DNA of 64,000 nucleotides, from assembly GCF_041956535.1 (NCBI RefSeq), contig NW_027192194.1, positions 550,545 to 614,544 of the forward strand, written 5' to 3'. This DNA comes from Calcarisporiella thermophila CBS 279.70 (Eukaryota > Fungi > Calcarisporiellomycota). This document shows positions 24,251 to 37,898 of the stretch, piece by piece. Made by a program: the position numbers and the translations under genes. The stretch's first letter is position 1. Each line of letters opens with the position of its first letter. Below the pieces are notes generated by a model that saw only the letters and a program-made list of their open reading frames with translations, searched no databases and was not told the origin of the DNA.

Positions 24251-25499
24251 AAGAGAGGAAAAAGGATGTTTGCTCAAACGTAGGTGTAGATCGAAGAGTA
24301 AGGGAAGGAGAACAAAACTAAGAGGAAGAAGAACCCCGAAAGAAATGAAGGTGTAATGAGGGAGAAAGCAAAAATAAGACCATAGTGTTAACTAGGATGC
24401 TTATTTGAAGCAGACTTGGATTACATAAATGGCTAGACTTGCGGCAAGTTAAGATTGTTTTAATTACGGAATCTGGGCGAATTCTCACAAAACATCAAAG
24501 TCCCTCCTTCGGACTGTTCCATCCAGAAAAATTGCAGCGCAGTTCTATAAATAACCATCGATGTTTGCACTTATCACCGGTGTATGTATTGCAGTGTGCT
24601 TCTAGACTGGCCCTTGCATGGGAGTAGCCATATTGGACTTTTCTGTCATTTGTGGTGCCGGATTCTCTAGGTTGGGTGCAGCGGACTGGCAGGTGGTGTG
24701 TTAGGAAAGAATGGTACAGAGTTTCAGGGTCTTAGGCACAGCTCATAATAGGACTTCCATTTTGGGAAATCGGATCTTAGGCCAATTTTGCCATAGGCTC
24801 TAACTCGCTTTAAGTTTCTTTTGAAAACAGGCATGCAGCTGATACAGAGAGATTGGCCCTTTGCCTGAACTACCGATCGAAGACCCACTTCGGCAATCCG
24901 AAGAATGTGCAACGGGCCATAGAATTCGGGAGAGAAGATTCTTCTTCTTTCGTCTTTTTTTTTTTTTTTTCTAATTAGAACCAAATCTATCGTAGCTCAA
25001 TTCCTGATCCACGACGGGCGGATCCAGATTATGTGGCCCGTGGAAGCTACACTTCTTCGTAGAAAATATTATAGGTGTGCTCTGTAATAAATTCGAAAAA
25101 TTTTGACTGTCTCTGATGTCATGGTTGCACAATTTATTTTCGTTATACAAATTGATGGCCTCAACAAATAATGCCATTTCGCGGTTGACCGTCTCCTGGA
25201 TAGGAGTATACTAGCACTCGACCCATAACGGCTACAGGAGCAAACCTATCAATTATAAGATTAATGAGAAAGCGACCAAGTTCGGTTGCAATGTCATGGC
25301 CAGAGAAGGTATTCACAAATATGGCTACAAGATGAAAATGACCCCTCGGTTCCAGGTTGCATCATCAATATCATACTGATCTGCTCAGACTAGGTGAATT
25401 TCATTTATCCAATGCTGTTTTTTATTATCACAATCCAAACAGGATGAAGGGTATTAAATATATATGTATATATATCCTAACGTAATACTCTATGTGACT

Positions 25500-26795
25500 C
25501 TATGTATCTAATGTAGAAAGGTGCTTGCCATATAGTCTTTTTAATTGCTCATAGAAAACAAAAGTCATTATAGTGTGGGGGCTAAAAAGAATAAAAAAGA
25601 TCTCGGTTAGCTGCGTTTCCTTGCCCTGTGCTCAAATGGGTTATAAACTCACCCTAAACGTGAATATTGTGCAGTAATACCCTTGTATAAACCCTTGACA
25701 CCTTCAGTGCGCACCGTTTTGATCAGGCAATCGATGGGTCCGCGATATAGAAGCCCACGACCGGTTATCTCGTCAATCTTCTGGTTATACATTCGCGTGC
25801 TTACAACATCAAAGGGGTTCATCGCTAGGACGACGAAGAAGGAGGATACTAGACTGGACATCAAATGGGTACGAACATCGTCTTGGAGATCGAGCAATGG
25901 TGAGGCGAGTAGGTGTGACTTTGTGAATTCGTACGTTGGTAGTTGTACCGACGACCCGACACCGGTGCGGAGGATCGCCGCGTTCATTCCACGGTATAGA
26001 CCACGCACACCGTTAGACTGGTATATCTGCACGAGGGCGGCAAAGGTGTTGCGGTAATAGTGCTGGTGACCGACTCCGGCTGTGGGAGAGTACGATTGCA
26101 TACGGGTTTTAACAAGGAAAAGCGGAGAGCCGAGAGCCGCTCCGATAACTCCCGCAGATGCGCCCGACATAACGCAGATAAAGTGGTGACGCTTTGCTGG
26201 ATCCATGCCTAGAGTATCATTGAAGAGGCGCTTAATTGGATCGTAGAAACCTAGCCGCGCACCGTTCATCATGAGTTGATAGCCATCTACCAAGCAATAT
26301 GGGGAGATAAAGTATAAATTATGTAATGCATTAATGGGGGATTGAAATAAACTCTTACATGCAGCGCCTAATCCTTTTTGAATGCCCCGTAAGCCTTCGT
26401 GGCGGAATATCAGTTTAAGCGCTTGAAAGATATTGGAATAAGGTTTCATAGGCAGGGCGGCCCCAGACTGCGCCCTTGCAAGCTCTCCCTGGAGCTGTAA
26501 TCTAGTCTTGACCACCTAAGCGAGGACGGGTTTAAGGAGGAAGGTGTAAGGAGGATGAATAGACGAGTGATTCGAAAATATTGCAGCATCTATCTACGAT
26601 TCTTACCTCCATCGGATTTGTAAGAGTAACCGCACCACATGCTGCCAATCCCCCAAGGGTGAAACCAACCAATGCCTTGGACAATCGTTCCGGGATAATG
26701 GCTCCCGGTTGTATCCGCGGTTGCCGCTCTTTGAGCTGAGAATCTGCGAATGATGCTGAGAGCGGAGCTCCAGCATTAGGCATCGGATGGGACAT
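25500..26795 (-). CDS. OAC1: Mitochondrial oxaloacetate/sulfate carrier
   Basis: GGLAACGAVTLTNPME|VVKTRLQLQGE, GIQKGL, GSPLFLVKTRMQSYS, RTGVGSSVQL, NPFDVVSTRMYNQ, PHTIMTF. Confidence 0.92.
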
Positions 26796-27596
26796 GTGTA
26801 TTCCTGTTTTAAACGACAGACGATCTAAAGGAGAGAGTAGAAGCGGAAGGGAGAAGTCGAATCGGCAAGCAAGGATGGACAACTGTAAAAGAAAGAGGGC
26901 GCTAAAGTTCCTAATGTAATCCCCGATATTAGCAGACAATGCGACGACAAATATAAGGAAGGATTTTTTCAAATGACAGCTGGATAAATCTTAGCCTCGG
27001 CACTCCCCCTCTGGCGCAGCGCTCTAACCTTGACGGCTTGATTGGTCTCGATTTTCACTTCTCACACGAGCACTCTGTTATGCCAATTCAAACTCACCAC
27101 TTTTTAGTGGAGCGTGTGGAGAATGTGGCCGCAGTTTCCTTTTTGCTTCATGCCGAAATGGTTAAAGGAAATTCAGCAAAATATAACTGATGAACTCTGC
27201 GTATCCAATTGCGAGGAGGTTAAATCACAGATCTAAAACGGCCCCCAGTGGAAATGCCCGGATACATCGTCACGGCGGCAGCGTAAACAAACGCTCCTTT
27301 GCCCTAGTTTGCCGAGCACGCAGGGAAGGAAAGCCACAAAGGCCCAGGGAGCCGCAGAAATTGAAAACAAGCCTGTGCATGAAGAGTGAGATAATCTCAG
27401 CTTTAGAGTTCGCCGCTGGACCAGTCTTCTGTTCTGTTCTCCGTTGTTTTTGTGTTCGATTTCTCCCTAATTTCCCCCCCCTCCCCCTTATTATTATTAT
27501 TGTCTTTATTTTCCTCTGGCAACATTCTGTGTTGACATTTAGATTAAGCTTTCCATGCTGCGAAAACAAGCCATGAAAACGTAAATAGCGAAAGTA

Positions 27597-30500
27597 ATGA
27601 CACAGCACACTAGCCCTAACTTTGATTCTCAGATCACCATGTTGACTCAACCTTCGCCCATTCCCTCAATGCATCAATCTGTCCCCGCCTCCTCTCCCCC
27701 CTCTAGCTCCTCTCTATCAAGTACACCCCCCAATCGAGCCCCTCCCTCCTCCTCCACCACCACCGCCATCCCATATGCTTCCTCTTCCTTTCAATTGTAC
27801 CAATCGATGATCCAATCGACACCCCTTAGCTCTGCTACTTCTGATTCGATCGCTGCCCCTTCATCCACCTCTTCTACTGCTCATGCTCCTCCTACCCGCA
27901 AGCCCCGTCGCACTCCTATTGCCTGCTCAGTATGCCATCAGCGTAAAGTTCGCTGTGATGGAAAGCGACCTACTTGCAGCCGCTGCGTTGCAAGTAAAAC
28001 TGATTGCCACTATCCAGAAACTACGAGGAGATCCAAGCGAGCAATGGAGAAACAATCCGATCAGTCTCCGTTTGATGCTTTCAAAATTCAGCGCAAACTA
28101 GACACTATGGAGTACGACCTCTACCAGCTAAAACTCGCCATTTCATCCTCTAGCGCAGAAAACCAGACATTTACACCTCAAGAACGCATAATTTTATGCG
28201 AGCGTCTGGCCAAGATCGAGGAGGAGTATAAGACAAATAGATACTTGTACAGTAATCGCAGTCCAAAATTGCTGGGGCAGGGGCAGCGACAGGGGATTTC
28301 GAGCTTAGGCGAGCGGTCCTTACAGCGAGCTCAAGTGCTTACTGGGAAATTCGGAAGCATCATAGTTGACCAGCTTGAAGGGGGTCTGAGCGTAGAGTCC
28401 TCTGTGCCAACGATTGTGGAGTTCTATCGGCAATTGCGTGAGCTCACTCGAGATATGGCCAAGTGTCGTGTCTCCACTCCGGCCAGTATTTTGCCCGATC
28501 AAAAGGAGGACATACTAAGTTCGGTTGCTGCAGAATGCAAATCCGAAGTAACTGAGCATGGGCGGCCGGGAAAGCGCCCTAAGCTGTCTGGAGAATCCCA
28601 ATTCAATAATGTGGTTCAGAACCTCTCCCATGACATGTTGGAAGCCATTGTCAACACTTATAAGAAATGCTATTACTGGATGATGCCCGTTATTTGCCCA
28701 GATAGTCTACTGGCCAAGATCCGTGCCCAGAATGTGGAAGATATCGATCCAGCCATACTGCATGCTGTTGCTGGTCTTGTTACGAGACACGCTTGTATCG
28801 TGCATCGATACTCTGGGTATGACTCTCATGAAAGTGCTCTGGGAATAGAGAAGCGTTTTGTCAAAGCTACTCGTCAGATTCTGCGAAATCGAGTCCTCGA
28901 TACAAGTGTGGAGACGCTTCAGGCCACTCTGCTAATGGCATTTCATTTGTTTTACATTAAAGGACCCGTAAGTGTGAGCTGGCAACGAATCTCCTACAGT
29001 TTGTAGTCTGAAAATTTCACCTGTTTTCACTTCTTTAGGAATTCTCCTCTCTTTATATCGCACTTGCAGTGCGAAAGGCTCAAGATATGGGAATGCACAA
29101 GATAAAATCCACAAATCCCGACTACCCGCTGCTTTCGCTCCTATGGTGGCAATGTTACATTCTCGACTTCCTTGTTTCCGAAGGAACCCAGCGCCCACCC
29201 ATCATTCGTGATGAGGAAATAGAGATAGAGGTGCCGGAGTTACCTAATCCGACACAACCAAAAACCGATGAGTTTTGGGCAGATTTCTTTTTTTCGATGC
29301 GTGTCAAGATTACCATCATCCGCAAGCGCATCCGCTTGCGAATAAACCTGCAGGAGCCATCCAGTCGTGAGATGGCCGAATCCGAAGAAGAACTCCATGC
29401 TTGGTTGCAGATCCTGCACGATTATGAGCCACTGCAAAACAGCGAGACAAGTGCAACCCTCTTGCGAGTCCTCAGGGTCATCTATCACTCTATAGTGCTG
29501 GTGTTCCATGCATGGGTCCTAGGGGCGAGCCATCCCTGCCTGCATCCTTATGGCTTCGCATCTCGCCGGCAGGCGCACGAGCATGCAGACAAATTTTGGG
29601 AACTCACCGAGGAATTGGATCCACACGAGGCGAGCTTCGTCCCGCCAGTCGCCCTCAACCGTCTGATAAATTTTTATACCCATGTTCTCTCAGATCAGCC
29701 TGATTTCGCGGCTACGCAGCTTGTCCGGATTCTTGGATGGGTTCGCCATTCGGTTGGGTTCTTGTGTGGTTTCAACTCCCATCTACAGATGGTTCACAGG
29801 ATGGAAGAGTGGCTGGACCATTATCATAGTCGATCCAGGGGCATTTTCTTGACCTCACAAGCATCCACTTTGCGGCCGGTTACCGATTCCGATGACTCAG
29901 CCACGGCAAGTCCCGTATCCCGTCACGAAAAGTCGGTCTCACCTCCCGCATCGGCCCCCGCGAACGCCTCTACACAATCCGGAGGTAAAGATGTCGCAGG
30001 GACTGTAGGAACAGCGGAAAAAATCGACGTGAACATCACCGACTCTGGCCAAAATAACCGTAATATTCGCTGCATGCTCACCCTTAAATATCCGCTAGGC
30101 TTCCGGGTGTGGACCAATGCCCAGACGGTGAATGAGCTCTGCAATCTTCTTCCCCGTGTCCTCCAACTTCATCCCGAAAACATTGAACCACTGAGTCTAC
30201 AGAGTTTTAATAGTCAAGACTTCCGTGAAAGTGCGGCGAAACACCGGTGTTTTCACTCCCACGACTATTGGATGCCCCTGTTCTCGTTGGAGCATTGGTG
30301 GCCAGCGACGGTGAGCGAAAAGGGCAAATACTCTTCGGTGGAATCTAGGGAGGCGCTGGCGAGGCTGATTGGATCGCGAACATTGAATCATCTTGTGGAC
30401 GTGTACCAAGCTTTTCTCTCCCCAATGCATATCTACCAGGACTGGGTACAAAAGAAGCCGGATGGTCGTGTCGTTCCAGGCGACCCAGAGGGTTCCACCG

Positions 30501-32422
30501 CCGAGGTCAATGCCTGGTTGCTTGCCCATGCTGCAATACAGAACCGCGAGGTTTCCGAACGCGATCCTTTGACCACTAGATACAAGGAAAAGGCCTGCAG
30601 CCTTGTCCACCCCTACATTGATCGCGTGGAAAGTCCCGCCATGATTCATACCCTGCTCAACCTCGCCATTTTTGCGGCCCTTTCCAGATCTCCAACCGAG
30701 GCCTTTTTGTATCTAGGATGCGCATTGCGAAAGGCCCAGCATCTTAATTGGTACCGAAAATCGGAGTGGGCTGGCCTACACTCCCTTGCAGCTGAGTCGC
30801 GGAAACGGCTCTCCCTCTCGCTCTATCTATTTGATTGCATTACTCCGCTATGGGGTAGTGGACGCCCGCGAATGGTCACACGACAGCGATGGGAGCTTGA
30901 TACTGTGAGTCTTTTTATTTGCACTTGCTATAGTAAAGAATCCTTTTTTTTTGCTCAATATTGATGGGTTTGCTTTTCATTTTCACGTTAGCCCTCGGTC
31001 CTACCCGACGATGAAGACGACACTCCTATCCGTGCTGTTTTCATGGTGAACCAAGCAACTCTAATGGACTTGATCACGAAAATTCACCAGACCTGGGAGA
31101 GGGGTACTTCATTCCTTCGGGAGGAGCTTCCCAATCTTGAGCGCGAGCTCTCCGCTTGGTATCGCGAGCTTCCAGATGAATTCCGCTATGACTTGAATGA
31201 TATAGAGCAGATTCGAAGTCTAAAGACAGTGACCCTGCGTTCATTGTTGCTTGTGAATATAGAATACCACATCGTATGGCTTCGATTGCACCTCCCGCTT
31301 ATGGCTTTTCCTCCGGATAACGGCTATATGAGCTCGCTTTCATACAGAATATGTCTTCAAGCAGTCGATTCAATTCTAAGGTGTTTAGAACTCTACAGTG
31401 AGAATCAGTTTTCTTGCCACCACTACACCAAGACGCTGGATGGAATCTACCTGTCCTTCTATGTTTGCCGATCTCAACTTGATGCTGCCAATGTGATGGG
31501 CTCAATGTTTGCCCAAGAAGGGCTATTACGTTTGCTACGCATCCTACGTCTACAGCAACAATGTGGGAGCATTGGCGTTGATTGTCAATGTGTGAAGTTT
31601 ATCCGACATATTGAGGAGCTAAGCACTGCCGGAAAGCTGAGCCAGGCCGAGGGAGCGTCGGGTGGCATAGAGATAGCCTCCCACATGGCGACAAAGAGGA
31701 CCATGATGCCTGCTTCTACTACGCTTGCCGAACCGCCATCCGAAGATTTCTTGAACCGGAGGGAAGCTAGCAGCGACTCCCAGTCCACCAACAATCTCCC
31801 GGCCGATAGTAAGTTCTTCACCGCTCAAGCCAACTTTCCTCAGCTCGTCTCCGCTTACGATCCCAGGATCCTCCTGGGAGATTCTCAGGCGATGGTTGAC
31901 ACCACCACCCTTCCCAGTATGGGACTGGTAGAATCGTCCTCATGTGAAGGGGACCTAATATCGCCTTTGGTTATGGGAGGAGATTTTGAACATCGTCACG
32001 GACAGCCGTCCTATATCCAATATTCGCAGCCAGCTTCTCATCAGCAGGCTACGAGTGCTTGGCGAGGGGTTGATCATACAGGCTTTGGTGCAGGTGTTCA
32101 GGAGTACCTTGTATCCGATCTATCGACTAATTTTCTGGCCCAGGCAGCTGCGACTACACACCAGCAACAAATGCATCCACAGCAACCCATGCAGCCAACT
32201 TCAGGATGGTCTCCAAATATGGGTGACCGCGAAACATACTTCTACACCACCCACCCATCCTATCAGGCTATGTTTGCCGATGACTCGATGTTAGACCTGA
32301 CTGGAGAGATAGGCGCAACAGTAGAAACACCATCGTTTGTGCACCCTGGGAACGAGCCAGCTTCATTCGATCAGCACCTGCACATGAAGACCTATGACAA
32401 TGGGCCTACGCGTGGATTTTAA
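27597..32422 (+). CDS. Large Zn(II)2Cys6 transcription factor with two MHR-like domains
   Basis: ACSVCHQRKVRCDGKRPTCSRCVASKTDC; MHR1 AVRKAQDMGMHK...LWWQCYILD...RPP; MHR2 ALRKAQHLNWYR...RKRLSLSLYLFD...GRP; 2 introns. Confidence 0.88.
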
Positions 32423-33272
32423 TTTTTCTTTATCTTAAACTTTACCATTGTCGTTTTTTGTTTAATGACTGTATCTCTTCTTGCTCCATTTCTTTCACTG
32501 CTCACTATTTTTTCCCCCTCTCCTACAATGCTTCACATGAGTTATTTTTTTATTTGTTTATCTCTTTTATTTTGCTCAGCTCTTATTTGTGCTATTTATT
32601 TTTGTTCTGCTGGATACTTCGGATGTTTAGTTCATCCATATTATAATCAGTAATATGCTTTGTATATGGAGTTAAAAAAATTTTGCCCAAGTTTTTATAC
32701 TCTTATCTTTTTATTTTCTATTTTTCTATTTTCGTTTTTTTTTTTTTTGCTTACTTTAGCATTTCAGATTGCCTTTCTATTGATTTCGTTTTCGGTATTT
32801 ATTTTCACTTTATTTCGTTTCAGATTATCTGTATTATAAATTATTGACCCTATTTATATTAGAAATGGTTTTGTTAAAAGGTCCCAAGAGAAAGAGGGCT
32901 TTTATTTCCCGGAAAAGACTTAACATTTTCTTGGTAATATGAGGTTTTCTGAATGGTTTGATAATATCCTCCCTATTAAGCTATATCATTGTCCGTGGTT
33001 TTTCGGCCTCAACTTTCTCTGGTGAAATGTCAATGCGGTGTAAGCACTATCCCAGTGGCGGTTTCCGAGAATGGCAAAATGAACACAAGCTAACGATTGT
33101 TTTTGCTTTTCGTTGATTGAATTATTACACAAGAAAACTTGTCGCTCTACCTGTTAAGATATACATAACTTCTTATTGCTCCTGCTCTCTCTCCTGGACT
33201 CCACTTGACAGCTCTTAGTTTCTTCTCCTCCATCAGCCTATACCTAGTTCCGCTCTCTAGAAATAATATATC

Positions 33273-36200
33273 ATGTCATTCTTACCATCTATTGCCTCTG
33301 GTGATATCTCCACCGCACGTAATTTAATTGAACAGGGTGCGAATGTGAATGGGCTTTTCTCGTGGAACTCTAATCGTACACGTTCACCCGTCATCCCTGA
33401 TGAGATTCTCAACGGCAATCCGGCGGCACTACAGGCTATTCAAGAGAGTGTTGACTACGAAATAACTCCTCTTAACCTTGCAGTATTATGTGGTCGTGAA
33501 GAGATGGTGAATTTGCTACTGGACTCAGGCTCTGATGTGAACTTGAAAGATGGCCGTGGAAGGTATGTAATGGTTTCGAGGAAGAGCCTTTTATTCTTGC
33601 CGCTTAATACTGCTTAGTTGCCGACGGAAACATGTAACGCGCTATTTTTTATTCTCAGAACTCCTCTCGTATGTGCTATCTACGGCCTCGACGCCATGAC
33701 CATTACCACACAAAATTTGCCCCTCATCTCACAGTCGCACCCTAAACATTTGGCCGTCATTGAAAAATGTTTGCTCTTTCACCCGAATATTTCTCGCGAG
33801 ACTCTAAATGACCCTCAGAAAGCTATTCGTGGAATAACACCTCTATGTTTGGCAAGCTATCTAGGAAAAGAGCCAGTTTTACGGCTATTACTCGAAATGG
33901 TGGGAAAAGGGATTGATATTGATGCCACTGACTATAATGGAGCAACCCCGCTGATGTATGGAGGTAAATTTCGCAACCCTACCGTGTCATATTTAATGAT
34001 TTCAACTAACACAATTTATTTATTGGTCTGTAGCCCGTGATGGACACCTTCATGTGGTTCGATTGCTCCTTCAACATGGAGCATCGCCCGATTGCACGGA
34101 TCATCATGGATGGTCGTCCATTCAATATGGACAATCTTATCCGGGAATCGTCCGTGTGTGCGAAGAGGCCCTTCGATGTCGTCGACCAAGGATTAAAGTA
34201 AGCAATAATGTGTTGCTGATAGACCAAGACGTGGCTTTACTCACCATTTCTCAAATTCATAAAGGATAAAAATATCGCGCTCCCCTCTATCAACTATCCG
34301 CAAAACTATTCTCGTCTCCTCTCTCTTTTATCTTCACTTGTTGAGATGCCCGCAGAACGCTCTCCTGAAGACGAGTATACCGCAGACTCTACCACCCACC
34401 AAGCTCTTCTCCAGGCAATTCGTCTCAATGACCATGTGTCAATTGAAGCCCTTCTTCTCTCACCCCCGGAAGTTGCCGCCGTGCTTCCAACCAATGTTGC
34501 GTTGGTCAATTTCCACGATAAAACAACTGGGCTGACACCGCTCCATCATGCCGTACGGCAAACCCAACCTAGTCTCGAAACTCTGATGTTGCTCTATCAA
34601 GCTGGAGCCGACATGAATGCAAGAACCATGTATGGGCGAACGGTGCTGCATCATTTGTGCCGTTTAACGGCCGGAGGAAAGTCACCAAAACGTGAGAGAT
34701 CGCGACAAAAATTGTCAGAGCAGCCCTCACAGCAATCTCTGCAGTCACAAGGAACACCCAAGGAGGAAAATCGAAAGCCACGAGGCAGCGTAAGCTCCGG
34801 GAGTAGTGATGGTGTTGATAATCATCAGCAACAGTCATCGCCTCAACAGAAAAGCCCACCAAAACAGAGCCAGACACATCAAGCGAATGGTTTCTCTGGT
34901 AACGGCAAGCCAGCTCTAGAGAATGGCATAGAGGAATCGTCTGCTCACCTTGCCCGCTGCGCTTCCCTGCTGATCCAACTGGGGTGTGAGGTCAATGTCG
35001 TAGATCGATACGGATATACGCCACTGCATTTTGCCGTGGAATATGGAGGGGTGAGGGAGGTAGTGCGAGTGCTAATGGAAGCTGGGGCGAATTGGGAGGC
35101 AAAAAATGCAAAAGGTTTGACCCCCCTTGAAGCTGCAAAAGAGGGCATGGGACCTTCGCTACAAGGTAGAGTCATTATAAAGCTTATTACGGGATTTGTT
35201 GACCATTCATCTGAAGGGTAAAATTTTTACATTTGTAGAGCTTATTGACGTGCAAAAAAAGAAGGCTGCTGAACAGCTTGAAAAGGATAGAGAACCCTTC
35301 GATCACGTCTTACAGAAACTTACCGATGATCACGCCTCGTCAATTTCTGTTCTGGAAGTTACTCTGGGACAATACGATAGTCTTCCCCCCGTGACATCGA
35401 CCAAAAGCCCAACCCGCATCTCTCTCGACCGACTTGTCGATTCCGTGCGGCAGAAAATCGAGCGGTCATCCAATCTCCTCTCAGACCTCACGACCCAATA
35501 TCAGAAGGTTTCAGAAACATTTTCCGGAGAAAAAACGTTAGGGGGACTTGCTGCACAACGTCTCCAGGATAAGGATGTACAAAACCTGTTTGAAACGTTG
35601 GAGAATGGATATGAACTGCATTCTGAACTGATCAAGGCAAACCAAGATTTAAACAACAAGCTTACCGAGGCAAGAGAGAATAAAAGCAGAGGAGAGAAAG
35701 GAAATGAAGGGAAAAACCATCAGGACAACGAAAAAACCTCAACTAAGAATACTATGTTGGACTGCCCACTCGATCCTAAGCGCTCCTCCATTCGGATGAT
35801 GGATCAGCCCTGGCGAAGATCCACTACGTTCTCCACTCTAAATCCGACCCTCACTGATCGCGAGCGCAATCGAATGTCACGGGCCATCTCGCCTCTCACC
35901 ACGAGCATCACGCGTGTTCGGGCTAAACTTATGGATCTGGAGCGCATGCTGCAATCCGATCGCAATGATATTGTGCTTCCCGAGAGAGACGACCTCTTTA
36001 GCGAACTTGCAAAACTCGTCGAGGATAACGTGAATCATGTGCAGCAAGAACTCGACCAACGGCATGCAAAGCTCAACGATTTGGTTGAGCAAATTGACCT
36101 TGCAGAGGATCCAGCCGCCCCTGCGGAAACTAAAGTCAACAAAAGCACGGAGGAACTCTTAGAGCTCAAAAAAGAGCTGGAGGTTCAGGCATTCCAGGTG

Positions 36201-37277
36201 GTGGAGATCGAACGGGCGGCGGACACTTTGCATCAGCGTTGGGAAGAGGTGAAGGAGAGGGTGGAGAAGGCTCGACAGGAGGAGCGAGAATCCCGCCCCA
36301 AGCTCTGCTTACCGGCCAAGCTGGAAATTGTGCGCGAAACAGATGCGAATGAGATCGGGGAAAACGAGGCTGCTCTCTTAACGCCCCCTCGGTCCCCACT
36401 GCTCGACTCAACCGATCGAATACTACTGGAACATCAGCAGTGGGACGGAGGCCAACAAATCGAGAGTCTGGAAATGGAGTTTGAAATACATGCGGCCAAT
36501 CTCCTCGAGATCCAACACGAGGTTGAGGCCATCGATCGCCGGCTGCAAGATATCCGCGGCCAGAAGAAGGAAAACTACGAGAAATGTCTGGCCCTGGATA
36601 AAATAGTCGATGGCAATGCTCCAGCGGAGGAGCGCAAAAAGGCAGAGACTCAACGAGAGCTTCTATTGCGGCAGACTGCACAGCTCTTTGATGAGCAAGA
36701 CAAGCTAAATACCGAACGCCAAGAGTTTGAGCGCGAGTTCACAGAGAGGCTGCAATGCCTGAACCTTGTGAGAGATGGCATCATTCGTGCTAAGCCAGCA
36801 GAGCTTTTGCGCGTCCTGCTAAACAAATTTGGGGCAAGGGATTACGCGTCAGAGCCAGTACAGATTATTCGAGAACGGGAAGATTCAGGAGTAGTAATTT
36901 ACTATGAGGGCGAGGACGATGGAGAAGGCACCCGAGTGGAGGAAAAAGAGAACAAGGGGAACGACCTAGATAACAAGGAGACAGATGATGAGGAGGGCGA
37001 GGAGGAGAAGTCGGATGCTGACAAGTTAGTGCCCAAGCTGAGGTCGAAGGTCAAGTCCATCGAGTCTTCCTTGCGGTTGCTTCAAGCAAGAGCCGCCGAC
37101 CAACTTCGAGGGCTGGGAACCAGTCTGGACGAGAATAGTTCAGACGCGCCCCCCTCCCTAACGGCGGCAGAGGCTGAGCTGGACGACTGTTATGCTCAGA
37201 TGGCCAAGCTATATGAAGAGCTTGGAGAGCTTCGTCGCCAAATACGCTCAATTACGCAAAACACCCCAACTTCATAG
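33273..37277 (+). CDS. Ankyrin-repeat protein with long C-terminal coiled coil
   Basis: TPLNLAV, TPLCLAS, GATPLMY, GLTPLHHAV, GRTVLHH, GYTPLHFAV, GLTPLEAA; E/L/Q/K-rich heptads in the last exon. Confidence 0.85.
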
Positions 37278-37898
37278 AGGCCTCCTTCATTTGTTTATTT
37301 GACTGCACTTGATAGCTGGGGTGGGAAGAATATGGTGCGTACATTGCATAGGAGATATAATAATATTAAAACCATTCCTATATTATCTGTGTATATTTTT
37401 TGTTCATCAATTTAATCTTTCTTGGATGTCCCATGGTGGTGGCAATGCCCACCTACGAACTTGGCGAGGGATATTTGAACACTACCACTTTAATCTAGTC
37501 CTATTTTCTGTGCACTTGATATATTCCGTTTTGGTTGCAACTGTTAGGGAAAAAAATATATGGCAGCATTTGGTTAGCAACCCAATCAACGGATTAAGGA
37601 AAGGTTTGACGCACGAGGGTTGAACCACTGGGTTGCGGCCAGTTTAGGAAATCATTTAATTTATATGGTGTTAGGATCTAGACGCGAATTTCAATTTTTT
37701 TTTGACAGTTCTGTTCTCTCTCACTTATGCGACCAACAAACTTAGCTTTCCCGCCTCCTTAGATATATTGGAGCTCATTTTTCTTTTCTCTAGTTTGACC
37801 TGAATCTCCCCCAAAATACTCAGATAAACCAGAGATATACCAATAACTAGTTGCAGCATCAAGATCCACCCCCTTTTTATTCCTCCTAACTATTATAA

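Noticed and set aside
24829-24920. U6-like GATACAGAGAGATTGGCCC and two adjacent hairpins
   Set aside because: Lacks the AGC triad, internal stem-loop and U-tail of U6; no H/ACA boxes in the expected positions.
18440-26358. Stop-free 3n introns (18440-18523, 23460-23522, 26287-26358) as regulated intron retention
   Set aside because: With roughly a hundred short introns a few are expected by chance, and retention would disrupt conserved domains.
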